DNA of 64,000 bases, taken from the NCBI GenBank assembly GCA_028698995.1, contig JAQVVM010000010.1, forward strand, positions 19,857-83,856, written 5' to 3'. The stretch is from Bacteroidales bacterium (GTDB taxonomy: Bacteria; Bacteroidota; Bacteroidia; Bacteroidales; PXBB01). The notes under the pieces were generated by a model. It saw only the letters and a list, made by a program, of their open reading frames with translations. It searched no databases and was not told the DNA's origin. This document shows positions 1 through 10,011 of the stretch, piece after piece. Numbering within the stretch: position 1 is the first letter of the stretch; every line of letters starts with the position of its first letter. The position numbers were made by a program, and so were the translations under genes.

Positions 1-33
1 AAAAATAATTTAAGCTTTAATAGCGTGAAATCT

Positions 34-1725
34 TTAATAAGTTTTAACAAGTTTCCGAGTTTCGGACATTTTTAATGAGGATACTTTCAAAAAGTAGATA
101 CCCTGTGATAAATTGTCAAGTTCGGAAATAAGCAGAGAGTTATAGCCTAAATAACATTTGAAATTCTCCATGACATATACTCTTTTTCCACTGAAATCGA
201 AAAGTTCAATGTTGATTGTATGGGTATCGACTGCATAATAAATAAGGTTAATAAAATCATCAAAGGGATTTGGGAAAGTATGTAAAGAATGGCTGGTGTG
301 TTCAGTATCAATTTTTACACCTGATAGCAGCATATGAGCTACTGCGAAATTAGGAATTCCATAACCGAGTAAACTATCCGGATTATTGTATTGGTGAGCA
401 CTTTGCCTTATAGCTTGCATAACCTGCCAGTTTGTGGCAAGAGGGTTTGCCCCCCATAAACAAGCAACAGCACCAGTAATTAATGGGGCTGAAAAGGAAG
501 TCACGTTACCTGACATAATACCATTCTGAGTATCAGCAACAAGAGTACCTTCTCCCTGGGAAGCAACATCCGGCTTACCCCGGCCATCAGAACTCGGACC
601 GACAGAACTGAAGGAAGAATAGTTCTGATCAAAATCCACTGAACCTGCCGTTAATGCACCGGGAGCATCGGCAGGGGCTATAATTCTTTGCCATGATGTT
701 TGGCCTGCATTACCTGCACTGTTCACAACTAAAATGCCTTTACTTGCAGCAAAATTAGCTCCCCTAGAAACAATGGCCGTCTGCCCATTCAGGTCTGAAT
801 AAGAATAATTCTGAAGGGTATCATCAAACTCATAGTAGCCTAATGATGAATTAATTATATCTGCGCCTAAACTATCAGCATATTCTGCTGCACATACCCA
901 ATTGTATTCTTCAATTACATATTCAGTAGGAGCGTTTTCAGATCGAAGTAACCAATAGCTGGCATGAGGTGCAGTTCCTATCAGTTGTCCCGGCATATTA
1001 CCACCCATCAGTGATAACACCATCATACCATGAGTATGAGAATCATAAACATTTTGTCCCGGTTCAACAAAATCGCGTGTGCCTAAAATTTGGCCATTAT
1101 CCCTGATGCTGTCAAAAACATCTAATGAATCAACCCTATAGAATCCGGCATCAAGAACAGCTATTATCATTCCGGAACCAGTAAATCCCTGATTGTGCAT
1201 AAAATCTACACCAATCATTTCTATTTGGTTCAATGATAATCCATAGTTAAATGAATTTATACTTTGTGCCTGTGTAGATATTTGACCAATAGGTGTTGAT
1301 TTTGTTTCAATCACAATTGGTTGGTCTAATTTTGAAACCGAATTTCCTGTGTAAGAAATTCTTGCTAAGGGCCTAACTTGTTGAACAAATCCAAAGTTGT
1401 TTATGATATCAAATACAAGTGTATCAGTTGTCTGTACGATAATACCATTGAGCCACCTACTAACATTCAATAAATTAATATTACCTAAATTAAGAATACT
1501 GTCTATGTAAACAGTATTTACAGGCAAATCACTTGAATCCAGTTGCAGACTTTGATTAATCCTTCTGTCAATTGCTCTTTGTGAAAGAAAGCTGATGGGA
1601 TTTGATAAAGAATAGATAGTTCCTTGTTTATCAGTAAAACCAATAAAATATTTTGTAGGCGCTAACTGAGACCATAACTGAATACTTAAGAAAAATAAAA
1701 TAAAGAGAATGTTGAACTTTTTCAT
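34..1725 (-). CDS. Secreted subtilisin-like (S8) serine peptidase with T9SS type A C-terminal sorting domain
   Basis: The track start at 1734 is TTG. The ATG at 1725 gives signal peptide MKKFNILFILFFLSIQLWSQ. Catalytic motifs IIAVLDAGF (Asp), DSHTHGMMV (His), GNVTSFSAPLITG (Ser). C-terminus FPNPFDDFINL...GIYFLKV...KLVK is Por/T9SS CTD-like. Confidence 0.85.
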   Translation of the reverse strand: MKKFNILFILFFLSIQLWSQLAPTKYFIGFTDKQGTIYSLSNPISFLSQRAIDRRINQSLQLDSSDLPVNTVYIDSILNLGNINLLNVSRWLNGIIVQTTDTLVFDIINNFGFVQQVRPLARISYTGNSVSKLDQPIVIETKSTPIGQISTQAQSINSFNYGLSLNQIEMIGVDFMHNQGFTGSGMIIAVLDAGFYRVDSLDVFDSIRDNGQILGTRDFVEPGQNVYDSHTHGMMVLSLMGGNMPGQLIGTAPHASYWLLRSENAPTEYVIEEYNWVCAAEYADSLGADIINSSLGYYEFDDTLQNYSYSDLNGQTAIVSRGANFAASKGILVVNSAGNAGQTSWQRIIAPADAPGALTAGSVDFDQNYSSFSSVGPSSDGRGKPDVASQGEGTLVADTQNGIMSGNVTSFSAPLITGAVACLWGANPLATNWQVMQAIRQSAHQYNNPDSLLGYGIPNFAVAHMLLSGVKIDTEHTSHSLHTFPNPFDDFINLIYYAVDTHTINIELFDFSGKRVYVMENFKCYLGYNSLLISELDNLSQGIYFLKVSSLKMSETRKLVKTY

Positions 1726-1741
1726 TTTAATCAATTAATAA

Positions 1742-2410
1742 TTAATGCCCCCATTGAAATGCTTCGTAGGTGTATTTATAACCGCTTACTATTTCTCCAT
1801 TAGCCAATTTGGATATATTATTATGTTGTTTATAAATACAACCAATATGTTTTGCATAAACTTCAAAAGAAATTTTCTCAGTAAAAAGTGTTTGTTCATC
1901 CTCTTGAGTAATAATCAAAGTTGAATCAAGATTTATATTGCTTACAGAATAATTTTCATGAACATTTTTATAAGCGTATTCTAATGGTGGTAGATTATTA
2001 TAAGCATTGCCATTCCATTTTTTATTATTGGCGATGGGAAAAATCATTTTCAAGTATCTGACATTATCTTCTACTCTTTCAACTCTCTGAGGAAGTTTGC
2101 AACTATACCATGCGCTATTTATCAACCAATTTCCGTTTAAGGAGTCTTTGTAATATCTTTCAATTCTTTGGTTTAATCTCCCTTCGTTGTCGTCAAATTC
2201 CGATTCAACAATTTCCTTTACATAAAATAAAAATGTATCAACTGTTTGAGTAAAATCATTGTAGGCAATAGAATCTACTTTATAGGCTATCCAAGTGCCC
2301 TTCTCAACAGGGAAATACTCATAGTGTAAATCAACAACAAGGGTATCTTCCTTTTTACACATTGTAAGGAATAAGGCAAGCAATAAAATAAGAATACAAT
2401 TTTTAAACAT
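1742..2410 (-). CDS. Hypothetical lipoprotein
   Basis: The track start is TTG. The ATG at 2410 gives MFKNCILILLLALFLTMCKKED with a lipobox-like LTMC. No recognisable catalytic motif. Confidence 0.5.
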   Translation of the reverse strand: MFKNCILILLLALFLTMCKKEDTLVVDLHYEYFPVEKGTWIAYKVDSIAYNDFTQTVDTFLFYVKEIVESEFDDNEGRLNQRIERYYKDSLNGNWLINSAWYSCKLPQRVERVEDNVRYLKMIFPIANNKKWNGNAYNNLPPLEYAYKNVHENYSVSNINLDSTLIITQEDEQTLFTEKISFEVYAKHIGCIYKQHNNISKLANGEIVSGYKYTYEAFQWGH

Positions 2411-2485
2411 ATTTTTTTTCAAAATTACGTAAAATTTGTTATCCTTGCATTAAAGAATGTAAAAAAAAGCATACATGCAGATGAG

Positions 2486-3595
2486 TTAAGTATTATTAAT
2501 CTTTTTAATAATACCACCGCCAATAATATCATCTCCATCCATAAAAACTGCTGACTGTCCTGGAGTAATAGCAGAGACATTCTGATAAAAAAGTATTTTT
2601 ATCATTTCATTTTTATCATAAATCAGATTCGCCATTGTTCCTGCATCTTTATATCTGATTTTTACCAGAGCCTCAATACCCTCAGAAGGAATATGTTCAT
2701 ATTTTATCAGATTGAGATTGTCAACATACATTTCACACTGTTCTAATTCATTTTTCTGACAAAGAACAATAATATTATTCGTGACATCAATTTCTTTTAC
2801 ATACAAAGGGTAACCAACAGCTACTTCTAGTCCCTTTCGCTGACCTATGGTATAATTTGGGAATCCTTTATGTTGTCCTAAAACATTTCCTTGAACATCA
2901 ACAAAATTACCGGGTTTAATAAATTTGTCAAAATCAGGCACATTGAGTTTAATAAAACTCCTATAATCATCATCGGGGATGAAACAAATCTCATAGCTTT
3001 CCCTTTTAACAGCGAGCTTTTCATGTCCCATTTCAATGGCCAATTTTCTAACATATTCTTTTTTGTACTCACCCAAAGGGAATATTGTTCTTTTTAAATT
3101 CTCCTGAGTTAATCCCCAAAGCACATATGATTGATCTTTGGATGCATCAATACCCCTAGATAAGATATATCTTCCATTTTCAAGTCTGATTCTGGCATAA
3201 TGTCCTGTAGCAATATAATCACAATTAAGTGCATCAGCCTTTTTAAGCAAAAGATCCCATTTAATCAGTGTATTACACAAAACACAAGGGTTTGGTGTAA
3301 AACCAGACATATATTCAGAAATAAAATTTTTTACAATTTTATCGTAAAACACTTCCTTGACATCGAAAACATAATGAGGAAAACCGTATTTCACAGCAAC
3401 AGCTCTGGCATCATTAATTGTATCCAGATTGCAGCACCCTGTTTCTTTTTTTGAGTTTCCGGTAAGTTCATAATCCCAAGTTTTCATGGTCAGACCAATC
3501 ACTTCATAACCTTCATTATGAAGTAAAACAGCAGCGACAGAGCTGTCAATACCGCCACTCATAGCCATTAAAACACGTCCTTTAGTTGTCTTCAT
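2486..3595 (-). CDS. mnmA: tRNA 2-thiouridine(34) synthase MnmA
   Basis: PP-loop SGGIDSSVAA, CCNLDTINDARAVA, PNPCVLCN, and C-terminal GQSAVF..GGG. The long ORF-track N-terminus overlaps the upstream gene. ATG at 3595 (MKTTKGRVLMAMSGGIDSS) gives a normal-length protein. Confidence 0.9.
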   Translation of the reverse strand: MKTTKGRVLMAMSGGIDSSVAAVLLHNEGYEVIGLTMKTWDYELTGNSKKETGCCNLDTINDARAVAVKYGFPHYVFDVKEVFYDKIVKNFISEYMSGFTPNPCVLCNTLIKWDLLLKKADALNCDYIATGHYARIRLENGRYILSRGIDASKDQSYVLWGLTQENLKRTIFPLGEYKKEYVRKLAIEMGHEKLAVKRESYEICFIPDDDYRSFIKLNVPDFDKFIKPGNFVDVQGNVLGQHKGFPNYTIGQRKGLEVAVGYPLYVKEIDVTNNIIVLCQKNELEQCEMYVDNLNLIKYEHIPSEGIEALVKIRYKDAGTMANLIYDKNEMIKILFYQNVSAITPGQSAVFMDGDDIIGGGIIKKINNT

Positions 3596-4298
3596 ATTCT
3601 TCAACAACTTGTAAAGAGCCATTATTCCAGATTTCTTTTCTTTTTGTTCGCCCACTTTCGTAGAAATGCATCCAGATGCCATCTTTTCTGTCCATTTTAT
3701 AAATACCTGACATATAGACTCTGAGCCCTCCCGGATAGTAGAATTTAAAAAGTCCATTCAGCTTGTCATCCAAATAAATCATTTCATTTTTTATGGTGCC
3801 GTCAGAATAAAAAGTTTTCAAAGAGCCGTTCTTTTTACCTTCACTCCAGTTTGATTCTTCGCTCACAACACCATCAGCATAATAGGAACGGGCAATACCA
3901 TCCTTTTGAAAATTTCTGTAATTTTCTTCAGAAATCAACATGCCTTCATCGTGATAATATTTCCACAAACTGTCTTTTTTCTGATCTAAATATTTACCTT
4001 CTGACATCTTTACCCCAGACTCAAAGAAATGAACCGTATAAGCACTTCTACCATCGGTGCTGTAGGTCATTATTGATTTTTTATTGCCCTCAGGATAAAA
4101 ATACTCAAATACTCCAACAGGTAAATTGTTAATAAAATTTCCTTTATATCTTATATTGCCATTAGGGTAATATGCCTGCCACAAACCTTGTTTTCGGTTC
4201 ATTTCATCAAGCCTGTTAACCACAGTATCCTGAGCATTGGATTTTAATGAAATTGCAGAAAAACAAATAATCAAAAATAAACATGCAAATTTATTCAT
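3582..4298 (-). CDS. Secreted MORN-variant (YwqK-like) repeat protein
   Basis: Signal peptide MNKFACLFLIICFSAISLKSNAQ. Repeated G-x-W-x-x-Y-Y-x-N/D-G units (GLWQAYYPNGN, GVFEYFYPEGN, SLWKYYHDEG, GSLKTFYSDG, GLFKFYYPGG). Confidence 0.6.
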   Translation of the reverse strand: MNKFACLFLIICFSAISLKSNAQDTVVNRLDEMNRKQGLWQAYYPNGNIRYKGNFINNLPVGVFEYFYPEGNKKSIMTYSTDGRSAYTVHFFESGVKMSEGKYLDQKKDSLWKYYHDEGMLISEENYRNFQKDGIARSYYADGVVSEESNWSEGKKNGSLKTFYSDGTIKNEMIYLDDKLNGLFKFYYPGGLRVYMSGIYKMDRKDGIWMHFYESGRTKRKEIWNNGSLQVVEEYEDN

Positions 4299-4353
4299 AA
4301 TAAGTTAGTCCTGATTTTTAATAAAAACTTATTTAAGCAAATTTTATTATTCC

Positions 4354-4920
4354 TTAAACTTTTAAACATGATGCAAAAGCATTAAGATTTATAAAACTGT
4401 AATCAATTAGTTTGCAGTTTTTTCTTACTTCATTTAAATTATTTGAGATAAAGACCGTAGTCATCCCTAGACGTTTACCAAACTGCATATCTGAAATCGC
4501 ATCACCAACCATTACAGATTTTTTAAAAATGATATCGGGGTATTTTTTCTTAGCTGTTAAAGCCATACCCACATTAGGCTTGCGAAAAAAGCTGAAAGCA
4601 TTTGCCAAATCAGGGCAAAAGAATACCTCATCAATTTTTGCTGAAAAAATTTCCAGTTCATCAGTCATCTTCTTATGAATTAAGTTCAGATCATTAACTG
4701 ATAAAATACCCTTGCCTATTCCTTGTTGGTTTGTAACAACAAAAGTGTATTTAAAGATGCTGTTCAAGAGATGAATGGCTCGAGGAGTCTCTTCGATAAA
4801 AACGAATTCATCAGCATTTTTTACATAATCATTATATGGTCGATCATTGATAACACCATCTCTGTCAAGGAACAAGGTCCATTCTTTATCAAAAACACTT
4901 AAACCCTTTTTTATTCCCAT
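4354..4920 (-). CDS. gmhB: HAD-IIIA phosphatase, D-glycero-D-manno-heptose 1,7-bisphosphate phosphatase-like
   Basis: HAD motif I LFLDRDGVIN, motif II VVTNQQGIGKG, motif IV MVGDAISD. Overlaps and follows gmhA. Confidence 0.7.
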   Translation of the reverse strand: MGIKKGLSVFDKEWTLFLDRDGVINDRPYNDYVKNADEFVFIEETPRAIHLLNSIFKYTFVVTNQQGIGKGILSVNDLNLIHKKMTDELEIFSAKIDEVFFCPDLANAFSFFRKPNVGMALTAKKKYPDIIFKKSVMVGDAISDMQFGKRLGMTTVFISNNLNEVRKNCKLIDYSFINLNAFASCLKV

Positions 4921-5489
4921 GAATCAAAAAGTTTTTTTTCAACGATCTCACAAATAATATGTCCTACTAATATATGACACTCCTGAATGCGTGCTGTATT
5001 ATCAGATGGAATTTTAATCATTAAATCACACAAATCGTTCATTTTTCCTCCATGCTTGCCTGTAAATCCAATAACCGTCAAGCTCTTATTTTTTGCAACC
5101 TTGCAAGCCTCCAGAATATTTGGAGAATTGCCTGAAGTTGAAAAGGCTAACAAAACATCACCATTTATACTATTTGATTCTAGAATGCGGGCATAAATTT
5201 TATCAAAGCCATAATCATTAGCAACAGCAGTTATGTAAGAGGTATTTGTATGCAAAGCTTCTGCATACAAGGGCTTTCTTTCCATTGTAAAACGACCTGT
5301 AAGCTCAGCAGCAATATGCTGGGCATCAGCAGCACTACCTCCATTGCCACACAGCAATACTTTACCATTATAGTTGTAACATGCAACAATAGTATCAATT
5401 GTTTTCTGAATATTATAAAGTAAGACTTCATCCTTAAGCATCTGTTCCTTGAGTGCAATTGCTTCTTTGATAAAACCTTTAATTTTCAT
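4911..5489 (-). CDS. gmhA: Phosphoheptose isomerase (SIS domain)
   Basis: CGNGGSAADAQHIAAEL and FSTSGNSPNI SIS motifs. The track start is TTG, and an ATG lies at 5489. Confidence 0.85.
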   Translation of the reverse strand: MKIKGFIKEAIALKEQMLKDEVLLYNIQKTIDTIVACYNYNGKVLLCGNGGSAADAQHIAAELTGRFTMERKPLYAEALHTNTSYITAVANDYGFDKIYARILESNSINGDVLLAFSTSGNSPNILEACKVAKNKSLTVIGFTGKHGGKMNDLCDLMIKIPSDNTARIQECHILVGHIICEIVEKKLFDSWE

Positions 5490-5578
5490 ATACAAGCTTG
5501 ATTTACATTAATTATTCTTAACTGATTTTCCTGATTTAACCTCTTTTAAGCATATTTTGGAATAAATTTCAAATACTT

Positions 5579-7006
5579 TTAGCGCTTATTTATAATAATT
5601 TTTTCTTTAATAACAAGGTCTGTTCCTGAATAAAATTCAATAAAATAAACACCAGAATTAAGGCCAGAGACGTCAATTTTTAAGTTTTTATTATTAGAAT
5701 CAATTTCATTATTAATAATTTTCCTTCCAAATAAATCAAAAACAGAAAGTTCTGAGAAAATAATATCATTGTTGAAATCAATATTAAGGATGTCATTTGC
5801 CGGATTAGGATAAATAGTTATATTCTGATTACTTAAATTATCAAAGATACTAACCGGGAAATAGTCAATATTTAGATTATCAATAAAAAGGGCACTTCCA
5901 ACACCGATATAAGCAAGTGAGTCCATAAGATTTGAGCTTGCAAAGCTGATATTTACAGTATCAGCATAAGGCCAGTTGTTATAGTTAAGGTTAACAATAA
6001 ATTGCGTATAGGTACTTGTTGGAGGTAACTTAAGAAGAGCCATATCTAACATTATAGTAGAATCAAGAACAGGATCGTATCTTGAAGAAAAAACCATTAC
6101 CAGTGCAGTATCCAGTCCACTTGGGAGATATTTATAATAACCTGTTATTGTAAACGGGTTTAGAGCTACAGGAACACCTCCTTCGGGTCCATTAGCACCT
6201 AACTGGCCATTGGTAATATATCCCATTGGGTCTCCCCATATGGTGTTTATTGTTTCAATTCTGATGGCATAAGAACCACTGTAAAAATCAGTTGATTTTG
6301 TTGCTGAAGGCACTGTTGATTTTGCATAATTTAGTGTATTCCAATTATCTGGTTCTTCGGAAGTAATAGGTGTCCAATTTTCAAAATCCCCGTTTGGAAA
6401 AGGAACTGAAGTTCCAATAAAACCAATACCATCTACAAATAAGGTACTTCCAGGAATTACGGAATAATCGAGGTTTGAAGAAGTTATTAAGGCAGCAATT
6501 GTATCTGCATTACCAGGCATCGCCCAATATACAGGCAGCTTAAACTCAGCGTAACTCAATTGAGTTCCTGTCAGATTGATACCTGCAGAACCAATAATTG
6601 CAGAGTTGTTTTTAAAAAACACAATAAAATGGCCTGTATCATTAGGAAGTATATTGTATTTTAAATGTACAATAACAGTATCGGGGCAGGCAGCAAAAGG
6701 CAAACCGCCATCAATGGTCTGATTTCCTGGCATGCCAATTAACAAAATACCATTTACACTATCTTGGCCATTGCTTGTAGTTTCGAGTTTCGCAGCAAAG
6801 CTACCTGAAAAATTATCTGTAGATTTTGTACAATTCGGCAACATTCCCATCATCGTTAATTGCGCATTAGAAGAATTCCACAAGTCGGGATTTTCATAAA
6901 GAGTATTCAAAGTCCAGTACTCAAAATCATCATTAGGGATTGTTTGAGAATAGGCATTAGAAAATAGTAAGACTGTGGTTGCTAAAAGTAAAAATAGTTT
7001 TTTCAT
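5579..7006 (-). CDS. Secreted protein with two N-DFE-x-W beta-sandwich-like modules and T9SS type A CTD
   Basis: The ATG at 7006 gives MKKLFLLLATTVLLFSNAYSQ. Duplicated NDDFEYWT / NGDFENWTP modules, also seen at the N-terminus of the 32565 gene. C-terminus IYPNPANDILNIDF...GVYFIEF...IIINKR. Confidence 0.6.
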   Translation of the reverse strand: MKKLFLLLATTVLLFSNAYSQTIPNDDFEYWTLNTLYENPDLWNSSNAQLTMMGMLPNCTKSTDNFSGSFAAKLETTSNGQDSVNGILLIGMPGNQTIDGGLPFAACPDTVIVHLKYNILPNDTGHFIVFFKNNSAIIGSAGINLTGTQLSYAEFKLPVYWAMPGNADTIAALITSSNLDYSVIPGSTLFVDGIGFIGTSVPFPNGDFENWTPITSEEPDNWNTLNYAKSTVPSATKSTDFYSGSYAIRIETINTIWGDPMGYITNGQLGANGPEGGVPVALNPFTITGYYKYLPSGLDTALVMVFSSRYDPVLDSTIMLDMALLKLPPTSTYTQFIVNLNYNNWPYADTVNISFASSNLMDSLAYIGVGSALFIDNLNIDYFPVSIFDNLSNQNITIYPNPANDILNIDFNNDIIFSELSVFDLFGRKIINNEIDSNNKNLKIDVSGLNSGVYFIEFYSGTDLVIKEKIIINKR

Positions 7007-7110
7007 TTCTTTGTGTTTCATTAAAAATTTTGATCTTTGATTATAAAACCGAAATTTACGCAATTTTAAGGACTCCTATAATAGGAATAAAGTTTTTAAC
7101 AAAAAAAACA

Positions 7111-7587
7111 TTACAAGTCATAGGTAACTCCTGCCCTTACGATGGGATTTTTAGTGTGGGATTCTGAAGTTTGGAGCACATTGTAAAGAATGGTAACGTA
7201 AGCATTTACGCCGTTTCCAATATGTTGCCTGTAACCGGCCCCCAAGGGCAATGCCATAACCCATTTACGGGTTTTAATACCATCAAGTAGAACTTCTGAA
7301 TTTGCAACTTCAAATTCTGCCTGAGCATAAACACCTTCATATATCGTTACGGCTGAATGAATGCGTCCCCCAAAAGCGTATTTTTGATTACTCTCAATAT
7401 ATGAAAAAAACGGAGCAAAGCCGGCTTCAATTATTTTATATCTATAGCCAAAAACGGGAGCCAATTCAATTACATAACCATCATTGAAACTTACACCCAA
7501 GCCACCACCAGTAAAAATCTGAGCAGAAACTTCTGAAGTCATGACAAATAGGACTATAATCAAAAAAAATGATTTAACAGATTTCAT
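7111..7587 (-). CDS. Small putative outer-membrane beta-barrel protein
   Basis: Signal peptide MKSVKSFFLIIVLFVMTSEVSAQ. Alternating hydrophobic/Gly-rich strands. Ends VRAGVTYDL. Confidence 0.4.
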   Translation of the reverse strand: MKSVKSFFLIIVLFVMTSEVSAQIFTGGGLGVSFNDGYVIELAPVFGYRYKIIEAGFAPFFSYIESNQKYAFGGRIHSAVTIYEGVYAQAEFEVANSEVLLDGIKTRKWVMALPLGAGYRQHIGNGVNAYVTILYNVLQTSESHTKNPIVRAGVTYDL

Positions 7588-7668
7588 AACTAAAAGTATT
7601 AATGATAAAATTTACTGCAAAGTTAAATAAATATGCCATTATTAAATAGAGAAAAATGAATCTACACT

Positions 7669-8760
7669 TTATATCAATCCTTTTCTTTTCTTAAAATGCA
7701 AGGAGTCTCCCCATTCCCCATATCCTATTGTATGACCTGCAATTTTTATTCGTGCTTCAAGGCAATTTTTGCATTCATCTGCTTCTTCGTCCATGCAGGG
7801 CTTGTCTTCGTAGAGCTGATAATTCTCTCTATACTTGATTGGTGTGAGATTGGGCATGATGACGTTTGCACCAACTTTTATAGCTTTTTCTCTGCCCATG
7901 GGGTCTATGGCCTGCATAGCAGTAGTTGCTGCAATATTGATATCTTTCATCATAATACGTAATAGCGCAATCATCTTTAAACTGAGATTGAAGCGTTCTG
8001 TTTTGCTGATGAGTCTGTCTTTTTCAATATAGAGAGGTGTCTGATGATGCTCAATATAGGGCCCGAGGCCAGCCATATCAATATCAAGTTCCTTGAAAAA
8101 AATCAAATCATCAGCCAAATCACTAATAGTTTGAAATGGCAAACCCACCATTACACCGGTTCCAACTTGAAAACCGGCTTTTTTTAAATTTTTCAGAGCC
8201 TCCAATCTTACGTTATAATCGTGCATGGCATCATCAGGGTGGATTTTTTTATACAGCTCCCTATTTGATGTTTCTATACGAAGCAAGTACCTGTGAGCAC
8301 CGGCCTTAAACCATTTTTGGTAAGTTTCTAAATCTTGTTCTCCAAGGGATAAGGTTACACCCATGGTTCCTTTAGAAATCTGTTTGATTTCTTTAAGAAG
8401 AGCTGAAATTTTTTCTGTAAAGCCCACATTTACCCTTTCACCAGACTGAATAACAATTGAGGCAAAATTATTTTCATAAGCATAACGCACTGCATCAAAG
8501 ACCTCTTCATCTGTCAAATTGTATCGGGTTGAAAATTTATTACCAGCTCTTATTCCACAATAGTAACAATTTTTTACACAGGAGTTAGAGTACTCAATCA
8601 AACCCCTGAAATAAACTATATTACCCACATAATCTTCTTTTATTTGAGCTGCTTTCTTAAAAATTTTATTACGTCCTTCCACATCAGAAGCCAATAATAT
8701 CATAAGCTCTTCATGTGTAAAATTGTCTTTTAATAAAATATCATCAATAATATTAATCAT
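7669..8760 (-). CDS. hydE: [FeFe]-hydrogenase maturase HydE (radical SAM)
   Basis: Radical-SAM CVKNCYYCGIR (CX3CX2C). C-terminal CX7CX2C (CMDEEADECKNC). About 363 aa. Directly downstream of hydF. The ATG at 8760 is preferred over the TTG at 8799. Confidence 0.8.
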   Translation of the reverse strand: MINIIDDILLKDNFTHEELMILLASDVEGRNKIFKKAAQIKEDYVGNIVYFRGLIEYSNSCVKNCYYCGIRAGNKFSTRYNLTDEEVFDAVRYAYENNFASIVIQSGERVNVGFTEKISALLKEIKQISKGTMGVTLSLGEQDLETYQKWFKAGAHRYLLRIETSNRELYKKIHPDDAMHDYNVRLEALKNLKKAGFQVGTGVMVGLPFQTISDLADDLIFFKELDIDMAGLGPYIEHHQTPLYIEKDRLISKTERFNLSLKMIALLRIMMKDINIAATTAMQAIDPMGREKAIKVGANVIMPNLTPIKYRENYQLYEDKPCMDEEADECKNCLEARIKIAGHTIGYGEWGDSLHFKKRKGLI

Positions 8761-8770
8761 CTGAAAGAAA

Positions 8771-10000
8771 TTATAAATAATCAAGCGTGTTTTTATCAAT
8801 TTTCATAAAAGGAGCAACAGCTCTTTCGTAAATTCCATGTACATAAGCGATGGTCATGCCATAATTGGAAACAGGAACACCGGCATCTACGGCTGCTTTA
8901 AGTCTCCCAACAACTTGTTTACGTGTTAAAACACATCCACCACACTGAATAACCATTGCATAATCATTTATCTTACCGGGTATTGCGGCGAGACCTGAAA
9001 CGACTTCAAAAGTCAGCTTTTTGCCGGTATAATTGCTTATCCATCGAGGGATTTTCATACGACCGATATCATCACAAGTAACATGATGGGTGCATGATTC
9101 AAGAATAAGTACTTTATCTCCGTTCTTAAGCTTAGAAATGTGTGGGGTGCCTTTCAGATAGTTTTCAAAATCGCCCCTCTGACGTGCCAGAACAATACTG
9201 AAACTTGTTAACATAATATCCTTTGGAATAACGGCATCGGCTTTAAGAAAGACCTGACTGTCACAAACAACAAGGCGGGGTTTGGGGTTCATTTTTTGAA
9301 AATATGCATCCACTTCCTTTTCTTTCAGCACCACACAAATACAATCATTGTCCAGTACATCCCTGATAGTTTGAACCTGTGGCAAAATAAGCCTTCCCTG
9401 TGGTGCTTCAATATCTATAGGGGTAATCAGCAAAACAACATCACCATAAGAAAGCAAATCACCAATCATAGGTTTGGAGGAATACGCTGTTTCGGGCATG
9501 TATTTATTAATAAGAGTAATTACCCGTCCAATCTGATTTTTTTCAGTAGTGCTAAAATCAAGCACATCAGTTTTAAATACCTTCGTGATATTTTCACTCA
9601 AATCAGTTTTTAGCTTTTCTAAATCAGATTTGTTGTGAATGATGAAAAATGGTACATTATAGTCATTAAAAGCATCTATCATTGATTTTTCAGTATCATT
9701 AAAATCATTGCCGGCAATAATAAGAATGGCCAGGTCAACAGTTTTAAGGACTTCCAAGGTTTTATCGACTCTCTTTTTCCCAAGTTCTCCAACATCGTCA
9801 ATACCTGCAGTATCAATAAGAATAACAGGTCCAATCCCTGAAATTTCCATAGATTTTTTCACAGGGTCAGTCGTTGTGCCAGGGATATCTGAAACAATCG
9901 CGATATCCTGATTTGCCAGTGCATTTATAAAAGAACTTTTCCCGTTATTACGTCTGCCAAAAATACCTATATGCGGCTTACTGTCTTTTCCTTTACTCAT
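8771..10000 (-). CDS. hydF: [FeFe]-hydrogenase maturation GTPase HydF
   Basis: G1 GRRNNGKSSFINAL, G3 DTAG, G4 NKSD. C-terminal cluster ligands ESCTHH...QCGGC. Confidence 0.85.
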   Translation of the reverse strand: MSKGKDSKPHIGIFGRRNNGKSSFINALANQDIAIVSDIPGTTTDPVKKSMEISGIGPVILIDTAGIDDVGELGKKRVDKTLEVLKTVDLAILIIAGNDFNDTEKSMIDAFNDYNVPFFIIHNKSDLEKLKTDLSENITKVFKTDVLDFSTTEKNQIGRVITLINKYMPETAYSSKPMIGDLLSYGDVVLLITPIDIEAPQGRLILPQVQTIRDVLDNDCICVVLKEKEVDAYFQKMNPKPRLVVCDSQVFLKADAVIPKDIMLTSFSIVLARQRGDFENYLKGTPHISKLKNGDKVLILESCTHHVTCDDIGRMKIPRWISNYTGKKLTFEVVSGLAAIPGKINDYAMVIQCGGCVLTRKQVVGRLKAAVDAGVPVSNYGMTIAYVHGIYERAVAPFMKIDKNTLDYL

Positions 10001-10011
10001 TGTTACCTTTA